Positions 1-8,849 of a DNA stretch of 42,733 bases are shown one piece after another. The notes beneath the pieces are model-generated. The model saw only the letters and a list, made by a program, of their open reading frames with translations, did not search any database and was not told where the DNA came from. Origin of the DNA: an uncultured Anaerolineaceae bacterium (GTDB lineage: Bacteria > Chloroflexota > Anaerolineae > 4572-78); the NCBI GenBank assembly GCA_964480075.1, contig CAYZQQ010000001.1:1-42733 (forward strand), in the 5' to 3' direction. How positions within the stretch are numbered: position 1 is the first letter of the stretch; each line of letters begins with the position of its first letter. Both the position numbers and the translations under genes were made by a program.

Positions 1-84
1 CGTATCGTACTCAACCGCTCTATTTTTCGCCAATTTTTGGCGAAGGTATTGTAACTTCAAACCATTTATCACATCGCCAGCGCC

Positions 85-771
85 TTGGCGGAAGCCCGCA
101 AACCCGAAGCGTGTGCCTCGTGCCACCTCGGCCCAGACCATCCCGACATCGAAATCTACAATAACACCAAACACGGTCAAATTTACGCGACAGAAGGCGA
201 TGAATGGGAATGGGACAGCGCCCCCGATGCCTGGGAACCCGGCGACTACCGCGCCCCCACCTGCGCCGTCTGCCATATGAGCGGTATCGGCGAGTTGAAA
301 ACCACGCACAATGTTTCTGACCGGTTGTATTGGAACTTGTGGGCAAAATCGTCCAAAAAACGCGACTCAAACGACCCGATGAATGCGTTGTTTGGCAATG
401 GGGATGAAGGCCGTGCAAAAATGAAACTCGTTTGCAATGCCTGCCATAGCAGCCTGCACACCGACAATTATTTCGAACAGGGTGACCGTGCCGTTCAACT
501 TTACAACGTGGAATATTATGCTCCGGCTCTGAAAATGCTGAACGACCTGAAAGATAAAGGTCTGCTGAAAGATAATCCGTGGGATGATGAATTCCAAAAA
601 GTATATTACCATCTGTGGCACCATGAAGGTCGCCGCGCACGTCAGGGTGCAATGATGGGTGCGCCGGATTATGCCCACTGGCATGGGTTCTTTGAACTCC
701 AGCAAGATTTGTATAAATTGCAATCCATCTACAATTACCGCATCGAAAACAACGCCATCGAAACGCCATAA
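85..771 (+). CDS. Multihaem cytochrome c, hydroxylamine-oxidoreductase (HAO)/octahaem-family C-terminal fragment; probably truncated or a pseudogene
   Basis: The 228-aa ORF has three CXXCH motifs (CASCH, CAVCH, CNACH) and the C-terminal YYHLWHHEGRRARQG...HWHGFFE block typical of HAO-like proteins. It has no signal peptide. The only start is TTG with no SD, and an in-frame TAA lies at 52-54 just upstream. Confidence 0.6.
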   Translation: MAEARKPEACASCHLGPDHPDIEIYNNTKHGQIYATEGDEWEWDSAPDAWEPGDYRAPTCAVCHMSGIGELKTTHNVSDRLYWNLWAKSSKKRDSNDPMNALFGNGDEGRAKMKLVCNACHSSLHTDNYFEQGDRAVQLYNVEYYAPALKMLNDLKDKGLLKDNPWDDEFQKVYYHLWHHEGRRARQGAMMGAPDYAHWHGFFELQQDLYKLQSIYNYRIENNAIETP

Positions 772-790
772 TTCAGTCGATAGTGAAAAG

Positions 791-819
791 AAAACCCCGC
801 CGATTTGGCGGGGTTTTTT
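791..819. terminator. Bidirectional intrinsic terminator between convergent genes
   Basis: aaaa-CCCCGCC-gattt-GGCGGGG-tttttt: a 7-bp GC stem (795-813) with an A-run on one side and a T-run on the other. Confidence 0.8.
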
Positions 820-833
820 GTTGTGCGGATAAT

Positions 834-3680
834 TTACTGCCCGTTCACCTTTTCCAACCGCACCGCATTCGCCTTAAATTCCGGTATCTTGGCGATGGGG
901 TCGAGCTTCTCGTCGTGGGTCAGCATGTTGGCGGGCGATTCCCGCCAGTGGAACGACAGGAACACTACCCCCGGCGTCACTCGCTCGCCGACACGCGCCT
1001 GCGTCGTCACTTCGCCGCGACGGCTGACCAGTTTCACCATTTCACCATCGGCGATACCCAGCGACTCCGCATCGGAGCGATTCACTTCCACATACCCCGC
1101 AGGAACTTTCCAGTCCAGCCCTTCGCTTTTGCGAGTCAGCGTGCCGGTGTGGTAGTGGAACAGCACCCGCCCGGTGGTGAGAATGAACGGGTATTCGTCA
1201 TCCGGGTTTTCATACGGCAGATTTGGCACCGCCGGATAGAATCGCCCCACCCCGCGTGAGAATTTTCCAATGTGTAAAATCGGCGTGCCGAGATGGTCTG
1301 CGGCGGGACAGGGCCAGGCAAGCCGCTCGGTTCGCAAGCGTTGATGGGTCACACCGCCGTAAATCGGCGTGACATGTCGCGCTTCTTCTAAAATTTCCGC
1401 CGTGGAATTGAAATCCCAGTAGCCTTCGTCGGCGCGTGTGCGTCCCAATTTTTGGTCAACCGCCTTGGCAATTGCCGCCGTGATTTGCCAATCGGGTTTT
1501 GCCTGTCCGGGCGGCGGCACAATTTGATGAATCAACTGCACACGGCGTTCACTGTTGGTGAAGGTGCCATCTTTTTCCATTGAAACGGCGGCAGGCAACA
1601 CGATGTGCGCCAGTTGGGCGGTTTCGGTTAAAAATACATCCTGCAACACGAAGAAATCGAGCGCGCGCATGGCGTGCTCGGCATGATGCAGGTTCGGGTC
1701 GGAGAGAAGCGGATTTTCGCCCATAATATACAACGCATGCACATCTCCGTCCGCCATGGCGTGCGAGGCTTCCACCACCGTGTAGCCGACTTCGCCGGGC
1801 AGGTCGTCCATGCCCCACTTTTGGGCGACGGTTTTACGTGCGGCGGCATCGGTGACTTTTTGATACCCCGGCAGCACATTCGGCAGTCCGCCGAGGTCGC
1901 ACGCGCCCTGCACGTTTGCCTGCCCGCGCAGCGGATTCACCCCGCTGGACGGTTTGCCGATTTGCCCGCACAGCATCGAAAGACTTGCCAGCATGTGTAC
2001 CATATCGGTACCGTTGCTGCGCTGGGTGATACCCATTGCATACAGAATGGTGCTGTGTCCGCGCTCGTCATCGAAAATGGATTGCCCCGATTGCCGCTCG
2101 CCGAAAGCGTACAGCCGCGCCGCCAATTCGATTTTCTCGGCGGGAATGCCCGTTTCCAGCGCGGCAACTTCGGGGGTCATGTTCGCCACACTCTCCTTAA
2201 ATTCCTCAAAATTCTCGGTGCGCAATTCGATGAAATCCCAATCCGCCCACCCTTCGCGGATGATGACATGCGCCATCGCCATAAAAATAAAGATGTCCTG
2301 CCCCGGTTTCGGTTGCAGGTGCAGCGTGGCATGGTCGGTCATGCTGATTTTGCGCGGGTCAACCACTACCAGACTCGCGCCCTTTTTCACCGCGCGGATA
2401 ACTTCATAACTCAACACGGGATGGCTTTCGCCGGTGTTGGAACCGGTAATCAAAATGCAGTCCGCATCGGCGATACCGTGGATGGTGTTGGTCATCGCGC
2501 CACTGCCAAAACTCGTCGCCAGACCGGCGACAGTTGAGCTGTGTCACAATCGGGCGCAGTGGTCGATATTGTTGGTACCGACCCCCGCGCGCATAAATTT
2601 CTGAAAGAGATAGTTTTCTTCGTTGGTGCATCGCGCCGATGTTTGGCTGTGTATCGCATCGCCGCCATAATTTTTGATGACCTCCGCCAGTTTGGTGGCA
2701 GTCACATCGATGGCGGTTTCCCAACTGACGGGCACAAACCAGCTCGGGTCGGCTTCGCGCTCCAGCACGGTTTCGGTGGAGATTTGCCACGGCTCATCGG
2801 TGATGCCCAGCTCGTATGCCAAATCTTTGCGCATCAGCGGCTCGGTGAGTCGCCCCGGTTTGTCCACAAAATCCCAGCCGAAACGCCCTTTGACACATAA
2901 AAATTCGCCGTTGACGGTAGTGTCATCATTTTTGGGCGCTTTGGCATAAACAATTTTATCGCCTTTGGTGGCAAATTCCACCGTACAGCCGACACCGCAA
3001 TAACCGCAGACGGTCTTTTTGTGCTCAAATTCAAAATCGCGCCCCTGTCTCAGCCGCGAAACGGGTTGCAGCGCGTTGGTCGGGCAGATTTGCACACAGT
3101 TGCCGCAGAACACACACGACGATTCCGCCAGTGGCACATCAAACGCAGTGGAAATGACCGTCTCGAACCCGCGCTCGCTGAAATGGATGGCGTTCGCGCC
3201 AACAACCTCATCGCACACACGGACGCATTTGCCGCACATGATGCAATATTGATAATCACGCACGTAAAACGGATTGTCGTCAATATATTTCGCTCGCGAG
3301 AGTTCCACCGGGAAGGAACTTTCGGAAATGTTATACTGATATGCATATTTTTGCAGGTCGCAACTGCCGTTTTTATCGCACACCACGCAATCAAGCGGGT
3401 GGTCGGAGATGAACAAATCCATCACATGACGGCGCATATCTTCCACATGTTCGGTTTTGGTATGAACCACCATCCCGTCCTGAACGGTTGTGCCGCAACT
3501 GTGAACCGGATTCGGCATGCCGTCAATTTCCACCACACACATACGGCAACTGCCGCTGGGAATCAGGTCTTTGTGGTGGCACAAATGCGGAATGTCGATG
3601 CCGTGTTCCAGCGCCGCATCGAGCAGCGGCTGTCCGGCTTTGGCTTCAATTTGCTGGTTGTCAATGGTTATTTTTACCAT
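834..3680 (-). CDS. fdhA: Formate dehydrogenase alpha subunit, selenocysteine-containing (948 aa, UGA-Sec at 2546-2544); 2Fe-2S and 4Fe-4S N-terminal domains plus a molybdopterin oxidoreductase domain
   Basis: ORFs 2544..3680 and 834..2495 share one frame and are separated only by TGA. Read-through gives [33 protein letters not shown]. The N-terminus has NuoG-like Cys clusters and the C-terminus a molybdopterin dinucleotide-binding domain. SD is AGAGGTG upstream of the ATG at 3680. Confidence 0.9.
2510..2546 (-). promoter_or_regulatory. UGA-Sec codon plus bacterial SECIS stem-loop
   Basis: mRNA: UGA CAC AGC UC-AACU-GUCGCC-GGUCU-GGCGAC-g-AGUU. There is a 6-bp upper stem (2531-2515) and a 4-bp lower stem with one bulged G. 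The GGUCU apical loop lies in the same A-G-L codon register as in E. coli fdhF. Confidence 0.8.
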
Positions 3681-3767
3681 AGATGCACCTCTATTGGTTT
3701 TATGGATTCTGGATAATTCCCCATTGCTTGCGACAAATTCGGAATGACAAATTATTTCCTTGAAACA

Positions 3768-4121
3768 TTGTCATTCCCGCGCAGGCGGGAATCCACATTA
3801 GATTATTTTTTCGTACAAATCATCCCAATTAGGGTTCATTGCCTCAATGAGATTAATTTTCCACTGTCTATTCCATTTTTTCAATTGTTTTTCACGAGTC
3901 AGCGCAACGTTGATTTCAGGTGTTTCTTCAAAATAGACCAGCTGATGAACCTGATATTTTTTGGAAAGGCTCTCTGCCAAGTCATTTTTATGTTCGTAAA
4001 TACGCTTTACCAAATTATTGGTTACACCGATGTACAATGTGCCGTTTTTCTTGCTGGCTAAAATGTAAACAAAATAAGTGTTCATTTTTTTTCTTGGATT
4101 CCCGCCTTCGCGGGAATGACA
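3768..4121 (-). mobile_element. AT-rich GIY-YIG cassette bounded by inverted 27-nt palindromic repeats, inserted between fdhB and fdhA
   Basis: tgtcattcccgcgcaggcgggaatcca (3768-3794) matches the reverse complement of tggattcccgccttcgcgggaatgaca (4095-4121), differing by one base in the loop. The interior is about 35% G+C by hand count, against about 58% in a 60-nt sample of fdhB. Confidence 0.6.
3798..4085 (-). CDS. GIY-YIG nuclease family protein (UPF0213/YhbQ-like), 95 aa
   Basis: MNTYFVYILASKKNGTLYIGVTNNLVKRIYEHK... carries the GIY-YIG signature. I prefer the ATG at 4085, because the ORF-track extension to 4127 reads through the flanking repeat. Confidence 0.85.
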   Translation of the reverse strand: MNTYFVYILASKKNGTLYIGVTNNLVKRIYEHKNDLAESLSKKYQVHQLVYFEETPEINVALTREKQLKKWNRQWKINLIEAMNPNWDDLYEKII

Positions 4122-4123
4122 AA

Positions 4124-5878
4124 TCATAATTTAAATTCATCTGCGAAATTCTTCAGCGCCGATTGCATCGGGATGGCGACAGATTGCCCCAGTCCGCAGA
4201 ACGAAGCGTATTTCAACGTATCTGCCATTTGAGTCAATATGTCCGCATCCGCCGCGCCGATGTTTTCCGCGCGCATGTTGTCCAGCAGTTGGCGGGTGCG
4301 CCGCGTGCCGATGCGACACGGTGTGCATTTGCCGCACGATTCGCTTTCAAAAAAGTGCAGCAACTCGCCGAGCAAATCCACCGGCGACATACTTTCATCG
4401 GCGATGAGAAACGCGCCTGCACCGAGACCGATACCGTGTTCCCGCGCCGAAGCATAATCGATGGGAATATCGAGAAAATCGCGGTTGACGATGGTTCCCG
4501 CCGCGCCGCCGGTCAGTGCCATGTTGAAGGTCGAACCGGCTTTCATCCCGCCGCCAAAATCGTCAATAATTTGGCGCAGGGTCAACCCGAAGGGGGCTTC
4601 AAACAGCCCGGGTTGATTCACATGCCCCAGCAGCGTGTAAAGTTTTGTGCCGGCGCGCCCATCGCCGAGGCTGAGTTCGTTGTACCATTGTGCCCCATTC
4701 CGCAGAATGGCGGGCACGTTGGCAAAAGTTTCCACATTGTTGACAACCGTTGGTTTGTTGCGAAAACCGCTGACGGTGGGATATGGCGGGCGCATGCGCG
4801 GCTCACCGCGCCGCCCTTCCAACGATTCCAGCAGCGCGGTTTCTTCGCCGCAGATGTACGCCCCTGCGCCGCGATGGACGTGAATATGGAACGAAAAATC
4901 GCTGCCGGCGATATGGTCGCCGAGTTTACCGTATGCCATTGCCTGTTCAATGGCGAGTTCCAGCACATCCGCCTGTTCGGCATATTCGCCGCGAATGTAA
5001 ATATAGCCCTCGCGCGCGCCGATGGCATATCCGGCAATCGCCATTCCTCCCAACAGCAGATGGGGATTGCTGTCCATCAGCACGCGGTCTTTGAAAACCA
5101 GCGGCTCGCTTTCATCGGCATTGCAAACGATGTAACGGGTTTCATCGGCGGCTTCGGCGACAAATTTCCATTTCATACCGGTGGGGAAGCCCGCACCGCC
5201 GCGCCCGCGCAGATTCGAGTCGGTCACAATCGTCACCACATCCAGCGGCGAGCGTTCCAGTGCGGCGGTCAAACCCTGATATGCACCGTGCGCCAGCGCG
5301 GTTTCAATGTTGCGCGGGTCGATTTTATCGGTATTTGCCAGCAAAACGCGCGTTTCACCGGGACGGGATTGGGTGTAGGTATGTGGATGTGCGGGGGGAT
5401 TTTCGATGGAAGATTTGAGGTCGGCGGGGTTGAGGGTGATTTGAGCATGGTCATTCACCAGTGCGGCGGGGGCGTGGTCGCACAAGCCGAGACAACTGCT
5501 GCGTTCCACCGTCCACCCCGCACCGAGCGCAGTTTTTAGCGTGGTCATCACATCTCCGGCACAGTGCATCCAACACGCGGGACCATCACACACGCGGATG
5601 ATGTTTTCGGTGGTGGGCTCGGTGTTCAGCATGGTGTAAAAGGTCGATGTGCCATACATATCCGCAAAGGGAACGCCCATCGCGTGCGCGGTATGCGCCA
5701 CCGATTTTCTATCCAGATACCCTTCAGCCTGTTGAAGTTCCACCAGCGCTGGAATGACAGATTCGGCATCGCCGCGATATTTTTTCAACACAGCAGCGAT
5801 CGCCGGGAACGGTGGTTCATTCAATATGTTTCCTTGATAGGTTTGCTTTTGGCGCGATTTTCGGGATCGTTTCGCCAT
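4124..5878 (-). CDS. NAD-linked formate dehydrogenase beta/diaphorase subunit: NuoE-like 2Fe-2S domain fused to a NuoF-like FMN/NADH/4Fe-4S domain
   Basis: The 584-aa ORF has an N-terminal thioredoxin-like 2Fe-2S domain (CDGPAC...CLGLC), GRGGAGFPTG, and ESCGKCTPCR. A strong SD (AAGGAGG) precedes the ATG at 5878. Confidence 0.85.
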   Translation of the reverse strand: MAKRSRKSRQKQTYQGNILNEPPFPAIAAVLKKYRGDAESVIPALVELQQAEGYLDRKSVAHTAHAMGVPFADMYGTSTFYTMLNTEPTTENIIRVCDGPACWMHCAGDVMTTLKTALGAGWTVERSSCLGLCDHAPAALVNDHAQITLNPADLKSSIENPPAHPHTYTQSRPGETRVLLANTDKIDPRNIETALAHGAYQGLTAALERSPLDVVTIVTDSNLRGRGGAGFPTGMKWKFVAEAADETRYIVCNADESEPLVFKDRVLMDSNPHLLLGGMAIAGYAIGAREGYIYIRGEYAEQADVLELAIEQAMAYGKLGDHIAGSDFSFHIHVHRGAGAYICGEETALLESLEGRRGEPRMRPPYPTVSGFRNKPTVVNNVETFANVPAILRNGAQWYNELSLGDGRAGTKLYTLLGHVNQPGLFEAPFGLTLRQIIDDFGGGMKAGSTFNMALTGGAAGTIVNRDFLDIPIDYASAREHGIGLGAGAFLIADESMSPVDLLGELLHFFESESCGKCTPCRIGTRRTRQLLDNMRAENIGAADADILTQMADTLKYASFCGLGQSVAIPMQSALKNFADEFKL

Positions 5879-6095
5879 ATAATCCTCCTTTGGAAACAGC
5901 CATCAGCATCAATTTTTAACAACCCACTGACAATTCTGCTCGTTGGCATATAAATTTAATATTCACCATTATATCGTATTTTCCATCAAAATGATAATTC
6001 TTTCGTCAGCATACTCTATCATGGTTCTCTTCCAAATTGAAGTGAAAAGTGCAGCAATTCCCGTTTTAGATAAACGCTTTGAGTTGCCAAGTCGG

Positions 6096-6285
6096 AATAG
6101 AACACCGATGACACAGATAAAACGGATTAGCTCGGATAAAGTATCTTCTCAAAATATCGGGGCAAAGTAGTGTGTTTTTCTCGTAGGGACAGCCCAATGG
6201 GCTGTCCCTACCCTGAATTATTGAAAAGATACCGGATAAACGTAAAAAATCGGTGAAAATCTGCGTAGTGCAATCTGTGTGCTAT
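6096..6285. repeat. MITE-like imperfect palindrome with a central perfect 13-bp hairpin
   Basis: The left arm is aatagaacaccgatgacacagataaaacgg...gtatcttctcaa. The right arm is its approximate reverse complement (ttgaaaagataccgg...caatctgtgtgctatc). The centre is gtagggacagccc-aat-gggctgtccctac (6183-6211). Confidence 0.6.
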
Positions 6286-6420
6286 CAGCCACTTTGCAGC
6301 CGGTTCACACCGGGAATTGCGGTGAAAAGTGTCACGTTCTGCTCGTGACATTTGCCACAATGTGGTTGTTCCGTACCAATTCCCTATTGACGATACAGCC
6401 ACCCGGTTTAAACTGTACCC

Positions 6421-8760
6421 ATGACCGCGCTCATTCGCTTCGTTATCGCATGGTTTTTGGGCATTATTTTGGCGCGATGGTTCTCACTGTCACTGCCGAT
6501 ATTGCTGCCGCTGACCCTGTTTGCCGGAGCGGCGATTGTCCTGCTGCGACACAATACCCGTCAGCGCACCGCCGCCGTACTTTTGCTGACGGTGTTGCTC
6601 GGCGCAGGACGGTTCACGCTGGCACAACCCCACATCTCGCCCGACCATATCGCGTTTTATGACGATACCGGCTACCACACCTTCACCGGCGTCATCGCCG
6701 CTGAACAGGATGTGCGCGACACCCACACCCTGTATCGTCTGGCTGCCCAAACCATCACCACTGCCGATGGCATTTCGCATCCGGTACACGGGCTGATGTT
6801 GTTGAACGCAGCGCAGTATCCTGAATTTCATTTTGGTGACCGGGTGGAAATTCGCGCCCAGCCGGAAACACCGCCCGTTTTTGAAGATTTCTCCTATCAG
6901 GATTATCTCGCGCGTCAGGGCATCCTTTCGTATGCGCGCCGTCCGCGCATTACTCTGCTGGCTCCCCAAAAACAATTTTCGCTGCGCGCCGAAATCATAA
7001 CCATAAAGCACCGTGCGTCTGTTGCCATCAATCATATTTTACCCGAACCGGAAGCTTCGCTGCTAAACGGTATTCTGCTCGGCATTCGCGGCGGCATTCC
7101 CACCGATTTGTACGAGCAATTTAATGCTACCGGCACCAGCCATATCATCGTTATTTCCGGCAGTAATATTTCGCTGGTGGTCGCATTGCTGCTATTAGTG
7201 GGACAACGACTCATTGGGCGAAAACGGGCTGTATGGCTGGCTATTGGCGGAGTGACGCTGTACACGGTGATGGTCGGCGCCGACCCGGCGGTGGTTCGCG
7301 CCGCGGTGATGGGCGGATTGTATGTTTGGTCAATGCAGTTGGGACGTCCCAACGCCGTGCGGAACACGCTGTTCGCCGCCGGATGGCTCATGGCACTGCT
7401 GAATCCACTGGTGCTGTGGGATGTAGGTTTTCAGCTCAGTTTTATGGCAACGCTCGGATTGGTGGCGCTCGTTCCCACATTAGAAAGGCTCATCGGGCGA
7501 TATTTGTCGCCATACGCCATTCTCAATGAAGCGTTGCTGGTGACGCTGGCGGCACAAATTGCCACAGCGCCGCTCATTCTGTACCAATTCGGGCGATTAA
7601 GTTTGGTCAGTTTGCTGGCAAACTTTTTGATTGTCCCCGTGCAACCCCTGGTGATGTTTGCCGGCGCGGCGGCAACGGCGGTCGGTATGATTTCACTGCC
7701 GCTGGGAACCGTGTTCAGCTGGACGGTATGGCTGCCGCTGGCATGGACGGTTGCGGTGGTGCGCTGGGCGGCGAGAATGCACGGCGCCCAAATTACGCTG
7801 GCGCACGCATCGTGGTGGGTGATGTTGTGGCTGTACGCCATCATTGCCGCCACCGTTAGTTGGCTTCAAGCTCACTCAAAACGCCGATTTTCGAGTCGCG
7901 GTGGAAACATCCGCCCGCATCCGGTTGCGCTGGCAGCCGTGGCAATCACACTGCTGGCAGTCGTCCTTTCGCCGGTTTTACACACACTCCCGGATGGAAA
8001 CCTGCATGTGGCATTTTTAGATGTGGGACAGGGGGATGCCGTGCTGATAACCACCCCGCACGGCGAACAAATGCTGGTGGATGGCGGACCTTCGGCAGTA
8101 ACATTGAGCCAACGGCTGGGTGAAGAAATGCCGTTTTGGGACCATTCACTCGATGTGATGGTGAGCACCCATCCCGACAGCGACCATCTGACCGGATTGG
8201 TGGACACGGTACAACGGCTGGCAGTAGATTCGGTGCTGGTCAGCGATATGCACGGCAACTCGGCGCTGGCAAAAGCGTGGCGACGCACGCTGGCATTGGG
8301 GCACTCCCGCGTCATCACTGCCGATGCCGGGATGCGCATTCAGTTGGATGATGGTGTTTTAGTGCGCGTGCTGAACCCATCTGCCGCCAGCGTGGCGTTT
8401 CCCGACCGCAACAATCATTCGGTGACCACGGTCATTCAGTTGGGACATGTTCGTTTTTTGCTCTCCGGCGATTTGGAGGCTCCCGGCGAAGCCGCGGTGC
8501 TAAAATCCGGGCAGGATGTGCGCGCTACCGTGCTGAAAAGCCCGCATCACGGCAGTAACACCGGCTCCAGCCCCGCGTTTTTGGATGCCGTATCGCCGCA
8601 AATGGTGGTCATTTCGGTGGGAGCAGACAATCGTTTTGGGCATCCCGCCCCATCCACGCTGGAACGATATGCCGAGCGGGGAATTTCGGTATTGCGCACC
8701 GACCAGTTGGGTACGGTAGAACTGGTTACAGACGGGGCTCGGTTGTGGATGGAACGATAA
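6421..8760 (+). CDS. comEC: DNA internalization-related competence protein ComEC/Rec2 (polytopic membrane domain plus C-terminal metallo-beta-lactamase domain)
   Basis: The 779-aa ORF has many TM helices and the competence domain (GTSHIIVISGSNI). The C-terminal MBL motif is FLDVGQGDA...HPDSDH...SPHHGS. Confidence 0.85.
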   Translation: MTALIRFVIAWFLGIILARWFSLSLPILLPLTLFAGAAIVLLRHNTRQRTAAVLLLTVLLGAGRFTLAQPHISPDHIAFYDDTGYHTFTGVIAAEQDVRDTHTLYRLAAQTITTADGISHPVHGLMLLNAAQYPEFHFGDRVEIRAQPETPPVFEDFSYQDYLARQGILSYARRPRITLLAPQKQFSLRAEIITIKHRASVAINHILPEPEASLLNGILLGIRGGIPTDLYEQFNATGTSHIIVISGSNISLVVALLLLVGQRLIGRKRAVWLAIGGVTLYTVMVGADPAVVRAAVMGGLYVWSMQLGRPNAVRNTLFAAGWLMALLNPLVLWDVGFQLSFMATLGLVALVPTLERLIGRYLSPYAILNEALLVTLAAQIATAPLILYQFGRLSLVSLLANFLIVPVQPLVMFAGAAATAVGMISLPLGTVFSWTVWLPLAWTVAVVRWAARMHGAQITLAHASWWVMLWLYAIIAATVSWLQAHSKRRFSSRGGNIRPHPVALAAVAITLLAVVLSPVLHTLPDGNLHVAFLDVGQGDAVLITTPHGEQMLVDGGPSAVTLSQRLGEEMPFWDHSLDVMVSTHPDSDHLTGLVDTVQRLAVDSVLVSDMHGNSALAKAWRRTLALGHSRVITADAGMRIQLDDGVLVRVLNPSAASVAFPDRNNHSVTTVIQLGHVRFLLSGDLEAPGEAAVLKSGQDVRATVLKSPHHGSNTGSSPAFLDAVSPQMVVISVGADNRFGHPAPSTLERYAERGISVLRTDQLGTVELVTDGARLWMER

Positions 8761-8781
8761 CGGGGTGACTTGGGCACGCAA

Positions 8782-8811
8782 TTGGGCAGATTCACCTATT
8801 ATGGCTATAAT
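8782..8811 (+). promoter_or_regulatory. Candidate sigma70-type promoter
   Basis: TTGGGC, an 18-nt spacer, then a perfect TATAAT (8806-8811). If this promoter is used, the TTG at 8811 cannot be the start codon, which supports the ATG at 8850. Confidence 0.3.
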
Positions 8812-8849
8812 TGAGTTTCGCAGAATATCATTTTTCGCAGGATGCAAGT

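Noticed and set aside
3798-4127. The 109-aa version of the GIY-YIG ORF, starting at 4127.
   Set aside because: The first 14 codons (MICHSREGGNPRKK) are a translation of the flanking hairpin repeat and overlap the fdhB stop. The family N-terminus begins at MNTYFVYIL (ATG 4085).
4163-5539. Long antisense or alternative-frame ORFs within well-supported genes. Examples are 4163..5539(+), 1674..2537(+), 15877..16929(-), 14460..15041(-), 17252..17977(-), 13309..14031(+), 10949..11761(+), 20640..21443(-), 38489..39088(-) and 41495..42147(+).
   Set aside because: Each lies opposite, or out of frame with, a gene that has clear family motifs and an SD. Their translations are Arg/Gly/His-rich low-complexity sequences typical of non-coding frames in GC-rich DNA. 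None has a recognisable domain.
5940-6010. Promoter for the fdh operon in the AT-rich stretch (TATAAT on the minus strand at 5968-5973).
   Set aside because: Several equally plausible -10-like hexamers occur in this AT-rich stretch, and none has a convincing -35. Support is too weak to annotate.
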